DNA of 64,000 nt from Vitrella brassicaformis CCMP3155 (lineage: Eukaryota; Protista; Chromerida), in NCBI GenBank assembly GCA_001179505.1, contig CDMY01000989.1, positions 1 to 64,000 of the forward strand, in the 5' to 3' direction. A model generated the notes under the pieces. The model was not told the origin of the DNA, made no database searches, and saw only the letters and a list, made by a program, of their open reading frames with translations. Shown in pieces: positions 35,675 through 48,477 of the stretch (within the stretch, counting starts at the first letter, position 1; each line of letters begins with the position of its first letter). Both the position numbers and the translations under genes were made by a program.

Positions 35675-36624
35675 TTATCGGTCGAGCCGTCTGCCGGGCC
35701 CCCAGTCGTCCCCACGCCCGTCCCACCGCCGCCCCAGCCACCCCCAGAACGACCCCCACGCGTCGCTCAAGCATTCGAACACACTGAATGACGACCGCTC
35801 ACGGGAGAGCCACAGCAGCAGCAGCGCCACCGCCAGGAACCCCTGACACATAGACGGCCGCAGGGAGTCCAAAGACAGCCATGACGAGGGAGGTGCGGCG
35901 CGGGTGTGTGGCTGTGGTGTGCTGTGCGAGTCGAGTTACCTGAAGGGCTTTGTCCTGCCTGATGTGGTGTATCGCCGTGTGTGCCGCCAGCACAGTGTGG
36001 TGCACACTCGGCCAGAACAGAAAGGGCATCACCTCCTAACACAGCGCAACACACACCACACAGACACATACAGCTCGACACACACGCACATACACAGTAA
36101 CAAGTGTGTGTGTGTGTGCGCACCGCACCGCACCGCCCCTCACCTCCACCACGAGCAGCGTCCCGTATGTGTAGACGAGCCGTCTGAGAAGGGGGTACTC
36201 GTCCAGCAGCCTCTCCGACAAGGGATAGGCACACGCCAGCAGAAACGACAGGATCTGGAACCGTGGCGATAAGGGCAGGTTGGCGTAGTAATCGAAGAGA
36301 TTGGCGTTGGATGCGGGAGGGAAGTCCGTCAAGTAGTAGCGGAGATCTTCTCGCCACGCCAGATGGGTCACGCGCCTCATCGTGAGCAAAGAAGACCTCC
36401 TGAGAGCAAAAGAAGGAACGATGCAGGCACAACACAGGAAGAATCGATGGATGGATGGATGGATGTGCAGTCCACGTGAATACTGAATATTCTTACCACA
36501 TTTGTGCCTCGTCTGCTTTGCTGACGAGCGTCGTCGGGGCGCCCTGGACCGCCTGATTGAGCATGGCCGTCAGGTTGTTCTTGGCTCCATCAAGCGCACC
36601 CCAAAACCCATCACCAGCCGTCAT
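35675..36624 (-). CDS. Hypothetical membrane protein
   Basis: Four exons can be spliced: MTAGDGFWG...AQMW/RSSLLTMRR...FQILSFLLACAYP...TLLVVE/VMPFLFWPSVH...DKALQ/GFLAVALLLLWLSRE...RRLDR*. Hydrophobic segments present; no family recognised. Confidence 0.6.
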
Positions 36625-36759
36625 GCTCACAGCCTGAAGGTAGCCTGAAGGCTCTTCCCAGCTGCTGCGACGCGAGTCTGTTTGTCTGTGTTGCCGTGGC
36701 TTCTCGTGACGATGGTGGATGCCGACAGGGGATGCTTTCAGCAGCTGACGGAGGAGGTC

Positions 36760-36772
36760 TGCGCGCTTAGCT
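36760..36772 (-). promoter_or_regulatory. Motif variant AGCTAAGCGCGCA (1 mismatch)
   Basis: Plus strand tgcgcgcttagct between the divergent ATGs at 36624 and 36921. Confidence 0.5.
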
Positions 36773-36920
36773 GCGACACAGTGCGAGCTGGAGGTTTTGC
36801 CGATGAGATCTCCATGTATGTCCGATGCTCCGCCGAAGAGCTGCTGCAGAGAACGACTGATGGAGAGGAGGGCCGTGGATTGGATTGAGTGATTGATCTG
36901 TCTTGTGTGTGGAGGGGTAG

Positions 36921-37270
36921 ATGCAGCTGGCGTCCTCCTCCTCCCAGGCACTCCCGTTTCACTACCAGCCGACGCCCAACTGCAACAAACTCCTGCACCT
37001 CTCGTGTGAGCAATTCCACAGACAGACAGACAGACAGACAGAGAGGGAGGGTGGCAGCGGGAGGGTGTGTCACATGCATGGCGGAGATCCCTCCTTGTGC
37101 GCTTGTCTTGCTGTTGTATCCAACCAACCCCCCGTTTGTGTGTGGTGGTTCGTTTGTTGGTCGATTGGTTGGCTGTGCCTGTCTGTGCGTGGCTGCAGTT
37201 CTGGGTATCCGTGGCCTGGCCACGTCATCTCCACTCGTATCGTCACCCTCCTCGACCAACGAAAGTCAGC

Positions 37271-37308
<38 letters not shown>

Positions 37309-40300
37309 ATGAATGAACCCCCGACAAGCCACAAGCAACAACCCTCCTCTCTCTCCCCCTCTCTGTGCACATTGCGACTGACTGTCAGAGGATGTGTGGT
37401 CGGAGCGTGATCGCATCAAGGTGTCCGACCTGCTCCCGCCCGCCATGCGGCCCGGCGTCAGCGGCAGTGGGGCGGTGGTTGGCGGCCAGCCACAGGGCAT
37501 GGCGCAGCACAAGGAGCCCGAGGTGGTGCTGCTGGCAGAGACCAACGAGTTCCAGACGGCCTGCAGGTGGTCCAGCAGGTCATCACACTGCATCGTCGTG
37601 TAAGCTGGAGGCAGGGAGGGAGGGGTGTTGTCAATATGCATGTGTGTGTGTGTGGATGCTTGAATGAATCAGTCCTGCGACCTTCTCATGGCCCATTGTG
37701 GTCCACCTCGCCGTCAAGCTGCCGCAGACACAGACCCTCCACAGAGTCGGGTAAGACCGCAGCGCAACCACCACCACCACCACCACCACCACCACCACAC
37801 ACACACCACACACACACACACTCTCTCTCTCTCTCTCTCTCTGTCCCCTTCTCATTGCGCCCACAGAGAGCTGGACCTCACCCCTCCCCCCCGGCCCCCA
37901 TCCTCGCTCTCTCACGGCTCCCGCGCAGCTTCCCCGCCAAACAGCACCACCACCACGACCACCACCAGCACCACCACCACCACGAGTGTGAGTGTGAGTG
38001 TGCCGACCCCTGCGAGTGACAGCGCGCCGACGAGTGCTGCGGGTGAGGTGCCCAATCGCGTCTTCGACAAGTGGGTGCCGCTCAAGCTCCACGTGCACAG
38101 GGACTCGCTCACACAGAGGGACAAAGAGAGGTGAGGTGCGCCGGGCCGGCGAGGGAGGGAGGGAGGGAGATCAAATCAGTGCAGTGGGCAGTGTGTGTGT
38201 ATGTGTGTATGTGTGTGTGAAGGTGTGTGGAGGTTCGTGTACAGTTGGCCTATGCCACGCCTCTGCCCTTCTGGTCGAGCCAGCCACCGCCGGCCGACGG
38301 ACTCACCAAAGAGGACAGACAGCTCATTGAGGTTGGTTGGTTAGCAAACCGAGGGAGGCAGTGCAGTCAGGCTGTTCGTCCTTCACGTCATGTGTACGTG
38401 TATGTGTGTCTCGTTGTGATTGATATGTTTGTGTTTGTGTAGGCTTTGAATGAGACTTCCTTGGCGCTGCCGTTGAGTCTGTATGACGTGGCGGGCGTCT
38501 CTATCGCAGGTCGGCCCGCTCTCTCCGTGCGTTGATGTGGGTGTGTACCTCTCTGTGTGTGTACATCTGTGTGTGTGTGTGTGTGCACAGACAGGGTGTG
38601 TGAGGCCCTGATGGTGCTGCTGGAGCCCACCAGGAACGTGCAGCTCTTCAGGCGAATCGTCCAGACCGACACACACAAGATGAGTAAGCAAGCCCACCCC
38701 ACACCCACACCCACACCCACACAGGTGCACTCTGCAGAGGCATGTTTGTTTGTGTGTGTGGTGGTGTGGTGGTGTGTAGCGTCGCGTGACGCGCAGAGCA
38801 ACGTGTACATAGCTGACCGCCGGCTGCTCAGCTGCATGGCCGTCAACATCTCCCGCTACCTCCGGGCCTACAGCCGGCTCTTCCTCCGCTCTCGCATCAA
38901 GAAGACCTTCGGACCCGTCATTGCCAAGGCCGTCCTCAACCCCCACGTATGTGTGTGCTGTGCTGTGCTATGTGAAGCATCGAGAAGCACACACACGGAA
39001 TGTTTATCTGTGTGTGTGTGTCTGTGTAAGGTGTGCGACGGCGCCATAATGGACAGCTTTCTGGACGGGGCGATAGAACTCATGGACACCATTGCACCGT
39101 GAGCAAAAGACGGAGAGCCAAGCCAAGCTTGGGGCCACCACGAGCTTGGCTTGGCTGTGTTGGATGGGACAAATGATGGCGGTGTGTCTCTCTCTTGTGT
39201 GATGCTATGCTGTGCCCATCCATGCCGGTCGGTGTGCAGGGGTCTGATTCGCGTCATGGCCGACACCCTGTCGCTCAAAATGGCCAACCCCAGAAACGCC
39301 ACATCAGGTCAGTCAGGTACACACACGAGTGAGTGCAAATGGCGGGCGGCTGTCATGCCATGCCAATCAAAATGGCGAGTGAAGTGAATACAACCTGTGT
39401 GTGTCTGTGTCTGTCTCTGTGTCTTTGTGTGCGTTGGGTGGCTGCAGGATGTCTGATCACGCATTTGTTCGGCCCTTGTCTGGTGCTGCCTGTCGAGTAT
39501 GGCGTGCTCGACACCAACCCCACGCCCAACGCCAAGAAACTACTCGTCAGTGAGAAAGGAAGAACCCACATGGGGCGCCCCCTTCCTTACACATGGCTGC
39601 ATGCGTGTGTGCATGTGCATGTGTGTGTGGGTGGTGTAGGTCCGGTGCTACCGCGCCTTGGTTGCGTTTCTGACGTCCCACATCTATGCGCACGGCGACT
39701 ACTGGCCCAACGTCGACTACCTCGTCGACACCATCTCGGACGACAAAATGCCGAGGATCGCATCCAAACTCGAGCAGCTGCTGGTCAGTCAGGGACCACA
39801 CACACATGGACCAATGCCTGCAATGCCTGCCGCTTCCACGTGTGTGTGTCGGTTGTGATGAATTCACTCATCGACCAACCAGCACAAGTCTCGGTATCGG
39901 TATGCCGAGTACTGGGATGCGACAACCTTCTACCCCGACGGACCGCCGACCGAACCATTCAAGTAAGAGTGCACTCAAGCCAGCACACAAACGCAGGGAG
40001 GGCCTGCCCGTCTTCACTGGTTGGTATGTGCAGGTGTCTGGCCTGTCGGTTTGTACGGTCGCTGCTGCGCGAGCGCCTCCCCTTCATCCAGAAGACCCAC
40101 CTATACGGAGTAGGGGAGGGAGGGAGTGAGGCATCGATCGAATGAGCAGACAAACAAGAGAGCCAGCACACGTCGCCATCTGTCGTGCTGCAGGAGCAGT
40201 TTGCGCCCCTGACCTACCGGCTGCAGCAGATCCTGGCCACCGGCAAGGTGGGTAGCACAACACCTCTTGTGTCTTCCCCATCCCGCAGGGCACGTGTGTG

Positions 40301-43269
40301 CAAGTTAAAAGTTGTGTTTGTCAGGGTGTGGACGATCGTCGGTCGAGTGCGTCTAGCGTGGCGTCGCCGCCGCCCCGGGAGACCCCCGACGAGCTCATCA
40401 CCGTCACCACCACACCACACGGCGGACAGGGGCTGCTCTATAAAGGTGCCGGGCGCTGGGGGAGACCTACACTCACACCGCTCCACACACACATACGTCA
40501 TCCACACGCAGTATCTGTGAGGGGCGCGCTGTTCCTCATCCTGTCTGTGTGCGTGTGCGTGTGCGTGTGTGTGTGTGTCTGCAGGGAGTTATGTGCGGTC
40601 TGAGGTGTGTCGTCGGCTGAGTTGGCTGCTGGAGCGGAGTCTGCAGGTCACCAAGAGGGAGCTCATCGAGAAGAATATACTCAAGGGTAGGCAGGCCAGC
40701 TGGGCTGTCTTGGGCGCCGCCCCTCGTTCGTTTGTTCAAACTCCTGTGTCTGCCTGCCTGCCTGTGTGTGTGCCTTTGTCCATCTCCATGTGTGCAGGCA
40801 TGTCGATAGTGAAGCGGTCGTCCCGCCCGCTGGCGGCCTTCTTTGCCAACAGGAGACCCAAGCTGCAGGACCTCATCAACCAAGGCAGTAAGGACACCAC
40901 ACACACAGACACACACACAGACGCACACACACACGGCGCAGACACAGAAGGACCGCATGGATGGTCGGCCGGTCTGTCTGTCTGTCTGTCTGTGCAGAGC
41001 TGCCCCCCGACTACCTGTCGACCTTGTTTCCCCCCGAGCGTCGTCTGGCGCCCCTGTCCACCCCGCCCCACCTGCTGCCCACCATTGCCCTCTCCTCCCC
41101 CACCCCCTCGCCCAACGCAGCATTCCCTCCCGTCTCGGCCAACAGAGGGGCGGTCGTGGCTGGACAACATCCCACTGGCAGGACACACTCACCCCCAGCG
41201 CTCATTCAGCAACAGCAGCAGCAGCAGCAGCAAAAACAGCCGCCGGCGGTTTCTGTATCTTCACCTGCACCTGCGCCTGCAGCTGCACCGCCCGCATCTG
41301 TCGCGAGGCGGGCAGAGGAGGAGAGGGACCCTGCGATTGTGGAGATATGGCGCAAGGGCGAGGTGGTCAAGGACGGCACTCCTCCTGGGGTGGGCGTGGG
41401 CGTGGGCGTGGGGGTGGGGGTGGGGGTCAAGAAGAAGAACAACAGTCACCACGTCAACGAGGCCGTGGGAATGATGAACGGCCCGGTGCAAGTGACGACA
41501 GCCCCTCAGGTGGACTTCATCTCGATGCTCGCCAAGGGAAAAAAGCAGCAGCAGCAGCAGCAGGATGCCGCCATCAATCGGCACGTATACCCCCCCGCCC
41601 CGCTGATCCCCCCGCCCACCCTCTCACCAGCACCAGCAGCAGCAGCAGCATCAGCAGCATCAGCAGCATTAGCATCGGCAGGAGGAGGAGCCCATGTGAT
41701 GGAGAAGTCTCTGTCCAACCCCAATCTGGCGCGGCTCCACCAATCGCCCAGTCCCACGGGCAGCGACGGCCCTGAGGTGCGCGTGTACCCCTTCGACCAC
41801 CACCAGCAGCAGCAGCAGCAGGACGCTCCTGCTGGTCCTCCTGCTGCTGCTGCTGCTGGTGGTGGTAGTAGTGGGGGCTGGGGAGGGGGCAGCACCAGAT
41901 CGCAGGCATCGGACCAGGCGGTCAGTGAGGGAGACAGACAGACAGACAGGCAGACAGAGAGACAGAGAGAGAGAGGGGGCAATGTTCTCTGTCTGTGTGT
42001 GTCTGTGCATCAATCCATCCATCACTCAATCAGGACATCGAGTATGAGGTTGAAGAGACGGTGGTGGTCGACCAGTGCCAGTCATACGTCTACCTGAGGA
42101 ACAGGCCCAACTACTACGACGACGCCATTCCCACTGCCACCAGTACTAGTGGGGCACGAGGGATACTCGCCAAGGGCAGGAAGGGCCGGTCGGCTGACAG
42201 CAGCCCCACCCCCCACCAAGTGGACCACGACCACGGCTCAACGTCCTCTCCCCGAGACCTCACCATCGCCGCCCTCGGCCCCCCACCCCTGCCGAGCGGG
42301 CTCAGCAGCCTCATCACCGACAAACGATCTGGTCAGTGTCGACCAAGGAAGGCGCGAGAGCACACAATGGTGGCACGGAGGAGACATGTTGTGTGTGTGT
42401 GTGTGTGTAGGTCACCATTACCAGGCGTGGGCGTGTGAGTCTGCGGACGTGCCGCCTCCGCCCCCCCAGGCGCCCCACCAGTCGGGCCTCATCGGCGGCC
42501 AGTGGGCGAGGGCGTCGCCCGACGACCTCCGGCGGCACATCAAGTCGCTGCAAGAAGTCATCACTAACCTCAACGCACAACTCAACCATGTCAGCCGACA
42601 CGCCCACAGACAATGGGAGACTGTGTGACGATCTGTCTGTCTGTCTGTCTGTCTGTCGTGTGCCTGCAGGAGCGAGAAGAGCGTCGAGCGGCCGAATCTC
42701 AATGTCAGACGCTGCAGAGCCAACTCCGCACCCTGGAGGCGGCGGCCTCCCTCCCTCCTTCGCCTCCCTTGCTGCCCCCATCCCTCTCGCCATGGCACCT
42801 CTCGCCCATCCCACCTGACCTGGACCAACACCAGCTCCACAGATCATCCTTCGCCCACCCGCATTACCGCCACCTCTCAGTGCGCACACGGACATCAGCC
42901 GACCTCTCGCAGCCCTCCTCGCCCCTCCCGCCACACTCACCAGCCGAAGAGCCCACCCAGGGCGGGTTTGCCATCCCATGGGGGTTTGGTCGAGGAGGTC
43001 GGGTGGCGGCCATCACACCAACCCACCAGCAGCAGCAACAGCAGCAGCCCCACTCGCCTGTGAGCCCGGCGGGCGGTGGCGGCGGCGGCGGCGTTGGTGT
43101 TGGTGTTAGTGTTGGCGTTGGCGCTGTGGTGATGCGGGCGGCTGCTGGCGGACATGGCCCGCCGGGGCATCGTCTGTCCCTGACTGATGAGATGGGCAGG
43201 AATGCGCCCGCTTTTCTGCAGACAGTCCAAGGCTTCATTAGGAGTGACCACGGCCGTCCGCAGAGATAG
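36921..43269 (+). CDS. Large multi-exon C2-like + RasGAP-like protein with two RPEL-like motifs and a C-terminal coiled coil
   Basis: C2-like strands (LHRVGELDL...FDKWVPLKL...EVRVQLAY). GAP-like helices (YLRAYSRLFLRSRIKKTFGPVIAK, ITHLFGPCLVLPVEYGVL...PTPNAKKLL). RELIEKNILK and FFANRRPKLQDLINQG. Coiled coil LRRHIKSLQEVITNLNAQL/ERRAAESQCQTLQSQLRTLE. The start codon and domain calls come from motif recall. Confidence 0.6.
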
Positions 43270-43943
43270 ATAGGGGACCGGACAAGTGACTGATTGCGTG
43301 AATTGGTGGGACGATGTGCGAGCGACATATACACACATGTGGGTGGCCGTATGGATGATGATGGTGTGGTCGGTGAGTAAGTGTGTATGTGGCGGGTCGC
43401 TCATGGCCGGATGGATTCTCTCGATCGGTCGGCCATGGGTGTGGCTGTGGAGTGAGTGAGGGTTCGTGTGTAAGGCGTTTGTCTGTGAGCTGAGTGTATC
43501 TTATAGTATTTTGTTGCATGGCATGCATCTGTCCGATCCGCGCGCCTCCATCAAACCGGCCAGCCGTTTGCAAAATCAGTTGCCACACTTGCCATCATCA
43601 ATCAATCATCCGATCCAGTGTCCCTCTCCGTCCAGGCCGCGCTGCTCTTCATCTTGACGGCCATCTCACCCTCACCGTCAATATCCTGTTTGCTGGTCTG
43701 GTTGGCATCCCTCTCGCGGCAGATCACCGCCAGAACGACCGTGGTAAGCTACACGGAGCACATCTGCACCGAACCGACCATAGAATCACGGCAGATCTGT
43801 CCTCCTGGTCTGTGGATGGCTGCAGATGGGTCGGTAGTAGCTCATCGGCTAGGTAGGTTGGCTGCACCCATCCTCCATCCATCCATCCATCCATTCTTTG
43901 CTGCTGCGGTCATGCAGGTGCGTCTTGGGCGAATGCCACACAC

Positions 43944-44708
43944 ATGGCGGGGTTGAGGCTCTTCCAGGGGAAGATTCAGCTGGCCAAACAACTCAGCCAG
44001 TCGTCCCTCGCCCTCAGCAGCGCTGCCCATGACATGCTCACCGGAGCCACGGGCCTCATCGACACCCTGGCGGCGCACCAGCAGCCGGGCACCTTCGTGC
44101 AGATGGGCGAGCACTTCAACCAACCAAGGCCGCCCCCGAGGGGGTACAAGAAGTGCACTCTTGAGGAGATGGTGGAGTTTTTGAAGCCGAGGCTCCTCTC
44201 AGCCCTCCTGCCAGAGAACGGGGTCTGCATCCGCGACACAAAGAAGATATTGAAAGAAAAGCGCGGTCACGGCCGCTTCACCCGGTGTTTCCTGACGTGT
44301 CCACACACGGACTCCTTTTTCGACTGGCACCACCCCATGCTCGGACGCATCTCTTCTCTCGACCTCGCAAACGATCCCAAAATCCCGCCGCCGGGGGCAG
44401 TATGCCACCTTTACGACAATTCGGGCAATCCGAAACACAATGAGTGCCAACTCGGCTCCGAAGCCACCAAGTACAGCTTCTTCGCCCTCGACAGGATCGA
44501 TTTGGCGATGCAGAACCTGGTCGAATACCATGGCCAGTGGGGCGAACGATTCCGTGTCTACCCGGGCCGGCACTATGAGGGGCAGGACAAGTGCGAGGGC
44601 ATTTACGTGGAGTCCTCGTGGTTCCACCGCGACCTCCCTGAGGGCTATCAGAGGTACAAAATCCCACTGCCCGACCTCGGGGCATGGTCGCACTGCGACG
44701 GCTGGTAG
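43944..44708 (+). CDS. Intronless 254-aa hypothetical protein
   Basis: ATG-to-TAG open frame of complex, globular-looking composition rich in Cys, His and aromatic residues, with no microsatellites inside. Confidence 0.65.
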   Translation: MAGLRLFQGKIQLAKQLSQSSLALSSAAHDMLTGATGLIDTLAAHQQPGTFVQMGEHFNQPRPPPRGYKKCTLEEMVEFLKPRLLSALLPENGVCIRDTKKILKEKRGHGRFTRCFLTCPHTDSFFDWHHPMLGRISSLDLANDPKIPPPGAVCHLYDNSGNPKHNECQLGSEATKYSFFALDRIDLAMQNLVEYHGQWGERFRVYPGRHYEGQDKCEGIYVESSWFHRDLPEGYQRYKIPLPDLGAWSHCDGW

Positions 44709-45406
44709 GGCGCCTGACGCACATACACACACAAGACACACACTGCAGGCAGCCCATAACGTAGTGAGGGAGGGACAGTGGTGAGGGAGGGGAGGGGGGA
44801 TGTATCGATCGGGTGATTAAGCCATGGACACTCCGTTTTTCACCTTGCTTCCATCTGCGTCTCGCCGTGCTTCTCTCTCTCAATTTGTCGCACAACATCT
44901 TTCTTTGTCCTTTCCGTTTGGCCCCCTTTGTTTCCTCGAGAGAGAAAGGCACACACTTGCAGACAGACGGTTGAAAGAGCCATGCAGGCTTTTCCTGGAA
45001 TGTCTTGGTTTGTCGACGCTGCTGTGTTGTGTGTGTGTGTGTGTGTGTGGTGTGACTGTGACGCCTGCCTGTCCTGACCACACTCTCTCTGTGTGTTCCC
45101 GCTGGCCGGCAGGACAGAGACACCTCACTCACTCACATACACACACGCAGACTGACGGGGGGATAGTGAGTGTGCGGGAGTGCGGGAGTGTTAGTATGGG
45201 GCTGGTTGGATGGCTGGATGGCTGGCTGGCTGGCTGGCTGGATGGAATGCCCACGATTTACTTACAAACCACTTACTTACGTTCAGCACTTACTTACATG
45301 CGTCCCTTGAGCTGGTGGCAGCAGAAAGAGACGACACACGTCAATCAAAAGGCGGCATGGACGTGTCCATGGGCATGGAGAATACAGAGACGTATGCACC
45401 AATTGA

Positions 45407-46229
45407 TCAATGAAATCGTCTCTCATTTATAAAGAGTAGAGACCGAGAAGAACAGAAAGGTCTCGACCTTCCAATCACCACCCACCCGGCATAGTGCGCC
45501 TTCATAGCTGCCGAGCGGGCCTCAAATGTGGCTGTCGCGGCCTCCATCTGCGTGAGGGCCGCCGCGCAGTCGCCGACGGCCTCTCTGTATCGGTGCAGCT
45601 TGAGATAGCAGGAGGCCCGGTTGGGCAGGAGGGTCCGCTCAGCCGATACGACTATGCGCTGCGGTCGGCCGACGTCGTGCTGGGCTGCCAATAGGACTGC
45701 AGGAGGTCCAGGGCGCGGTCGAGGGCTGCCCGGTGGTCGCCTCTGCTGAAAAGCTCATTGCCTTTGGCCTTTTCCTCGAGGGCCGACGAGAGCAGAGCGC
45801 GTCGGGCCCCCCCCCTTGCCGATCTGCACGTTCATGGGGCTTCCCTTGCCTCCCCTTGACAAAAGCACTGCCTGCATGGTGGTCGGTGGTGGTCACGCGT
45901 GATGGTCGCCGCCCGTTGGTCAGCCCCGGCGCCTCGGTCAAGCCTCTGCCTCTTGGTCAGCCCATCTGTCCCAGGCGGCGTAGTAGGCCTTCATGTCGCC
46001 CTGTGCGCTGCAGCTGACGCGCCTCGCCCTCCCCCTCCCCCTGGTTGTCCTTGTGCGGGGCAGTGGCGGTGTCCTTGAAGGGGTTGTCCACCTTGTGTTT
46101 GGTCGTTGGGGCCTTCCTGAAGTTCTCCTGCCACTGGTAGAGGTCGTCGATGTAGCTCCTGGTCTCATCGGCGTTGCGGCGGATCTGGTGCTGAATCTCC
46201 ATGACGTTCCGCTGGCCACTGACTGCCAT
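45407..46229 (-). pseudogene. RPAP3: RPAP3/SPAG1-like TPR co-chaperone pseudogene
   Basis: N-terminus MEIQHQIRRNADETRSYIDDLYQWQ and DMKAYYAAWDR (RPAP3-like), TPR1 EEKAKGNELFSRGDHRAAL and TPR2 LLPNRASCYLKLHRYREAVGDCAAAL lie in different frames. Stops intervene, and no phase-compatible GT-AG intron was found between the two TPRs. Confidence 0.65.
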
Positions 46230-46441
46230 TGTGGTGGGCTAGGGACTGACAGGTGATGCTGGCGACCAGTCGCTCTGGTCTCTTCGTCAAAGACGGCAAG
46301 AGCCGCGAGACGCCCCCACGCAACGTGCTTCCGTGTAAACCAATGGAAGCATGCAAATCGTTTGCCTCAAATAACTTGGCAAGTTAAAAGTTGGTGTTAT
46401 CGTGTTGTTGTCTTCTCTTTCCTCCAGCGGTTGTCGGCATC

Positions 46442-46842
46442 ATGGATGCAAAGCATCCAGTTGAGGAGGTGGCTGTGCCATTGCGGGCAATGCTCGGTGT
46501 TGTGGAACTCGGCATAATGACGCAGGTAGGCACTGCATGCGACGCGATGACTGACACGGAGGGAGCGGAGGGCGCAGAGGCTGCACTGCATGCGTGTGGC
46601 TGTCGTCTGTCTGCCCTGCAGGTGTCCAGGACTTTTGAGGAGTTGGTGACGAATCAGACGCTCATCGCCCGCATCCAGAACGTCATCCAGAGCCACAACC
46701 TCGGCGGCTTCATGCAGTACAGTGAGCGGCGCTTCACTCGCTGGAAGACCACTGAGGACTACGCCGTTGAGCGCAAGAAGAAACTCTATTACCTCAGCTA
46801 CGTGATGGAGAACTGCGGCAAGCTGGGCAGCTGGGTATATAT

Positions 46843-46877
<35 letters not shown>

Positions 46878-47462
46878 CATGGGCGACAGGGAGGGGCACA
46901 TTGATTGGTGGATTGCTCCTCGGTGCTTGCTGTCTGTGTGTGTGCAGGCGCCTCTGATGTACTATGCCGAGTCGTTCAAGCGTGTCAAGCTGCCCATCCA
47001 GGTGGGCAGGCACCCCAAGGGCACTCATTGATGCGGTCGTCGGGGTGCATTCCTCTGTGTTCTCACCCCCACCGGCCGCAGGTGTGTGAGGACAAGGTCA
47101 GCTCTCTGGACAAGGCCGTGTTCGACAGCCGCCCGCACAGCGTGCGAGCCTGGTCACTCTTCAGGTAGGCGCAAGCGTACCCATCACCCCATCCAGCCAC
47201 TCCCTGTGCCTCTGACTCTTCATGTGTGTGTCCTATGCATAGTCTCTTTGTGGAGGGCTGCACTCGCGAGTTGTCGTTGAAGCGCATCTTGGTGGGCGGC
47301 CAGCTGCGCGACAAGCTGGGCAGCAGCGTGCTGACGGTCTATGGCCCGGGGGACCTGCACGCCAACCACCCCTTCGCTGCAGGATACGATGGCACCGACC
47401 CCCGCGTCAGCGGTAAGTTCAAGAGAGAGGTGGTGGGAATCAGCCGAGGTAGAGGCGGCTCA

Positions 47463-47493
<31 letters not shown>

Positions 47494-48128
47494 TTGTGTG
47501 TGTCGGTCAGTGTTGAACGCTGACTATCGCGGCATCATGGATGTGGTTGTGCAACGGTGGGACCCTGGCGCACGCCACACACACATAGACCAGTCCACAC
47601 AATGACCACCTGGATGGATGAATGGATGGATGTGTGTCTGTCAATGGATGCAGTTTGCAGAAGAAGGCCAAAGCCGAGATGGTGGCGGGTGAGATGCACT
47701 TGCCGGCCCCTCTGGTGGCCAATCCGGTGGAGTTCCTTCGCTGCCGCGCACTCATCACGCAGGTATACACACGCACACACACAAAAACACACACGCGCAC
47801 ACACGTGTCTGTGCCTGTGTCTGTGTGTGTCCACCCACAGGCGCCCGACCAGCCCCTCTGGGGCCCCACACGTCGACTGCTGTGTGACACCTACACCGGC
47901 GCCCACCGCAAGCGCACCATCGCGCTGTCCGGCCACCGCCCGGGCGACACATTCATGGCCTTCATCGAGCTGGATTGGACCGTGTCCGTGACGGCCATCC
48001 TCTACACGACCGAGAAGCGCCGGGCTGGGCAGCAGAATCACCCGGATGGCGAGTTCCCCATGACGGTACAGCTGGTGCGCGACGCACTGGGGCAGCAGGA
48101 GGCATGGGACCTGCTGGAGCTCGTGTGA
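46442..48128 (+). CDS. Multi-exon hypothetical protein
   Basis: Seven coding-like exons with canonical junctions (MDAKHPVEEV.../VSRTFEELV.../APLMYYAESF.../...AWDLLELV*). No domain recognised. Confidence 0.7.
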
Positions 48129-48477
48129 GGTGGATGGATGGATGGGGGACGGTATGTATACCATTGCTGGGAGAGATGTTGATACGTTGGCGGGATTGGG
48201 ACGGATTTCTTCCTTGCCTGTATGCCTCTGTGTGTGCGTGCGTGTGGATGGACGGATGGACAAATGAGAGATGGGATGGACTGAGAGAGAGATGGGCCAG
48301 CACATATATTGCTACTGGAAGAGACGATTTTCTTCCCTTCATCGGTGGTCGCGTCATGTCACATAGAGTTGGCAAAGCTACGCAGATACACTGACCCGGT
48401 CATTCACACGCTTCCATCCATCCATCCATCCGTCCAGCCGACCTACGAAAGGCGCTCACGCCACGTGAGTCAGGCGG

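Noticed and set aside
37765-37800. Poly-histidine tract in ORF 37664..38134
   Set aside because: It lies after a strong gtaaga donor inside an intron, so it is a (CAC)n microsatellite rather than coding sequence.
1759-46229. Cluster of cilia-related genes (ATAT1, PKD2-like, CFAP410, RPAP3-like)
   Set aside because: They are interspersed with unrelated genes, and ciliary genes are numerous in flagellated protists, so chance is sufficient.
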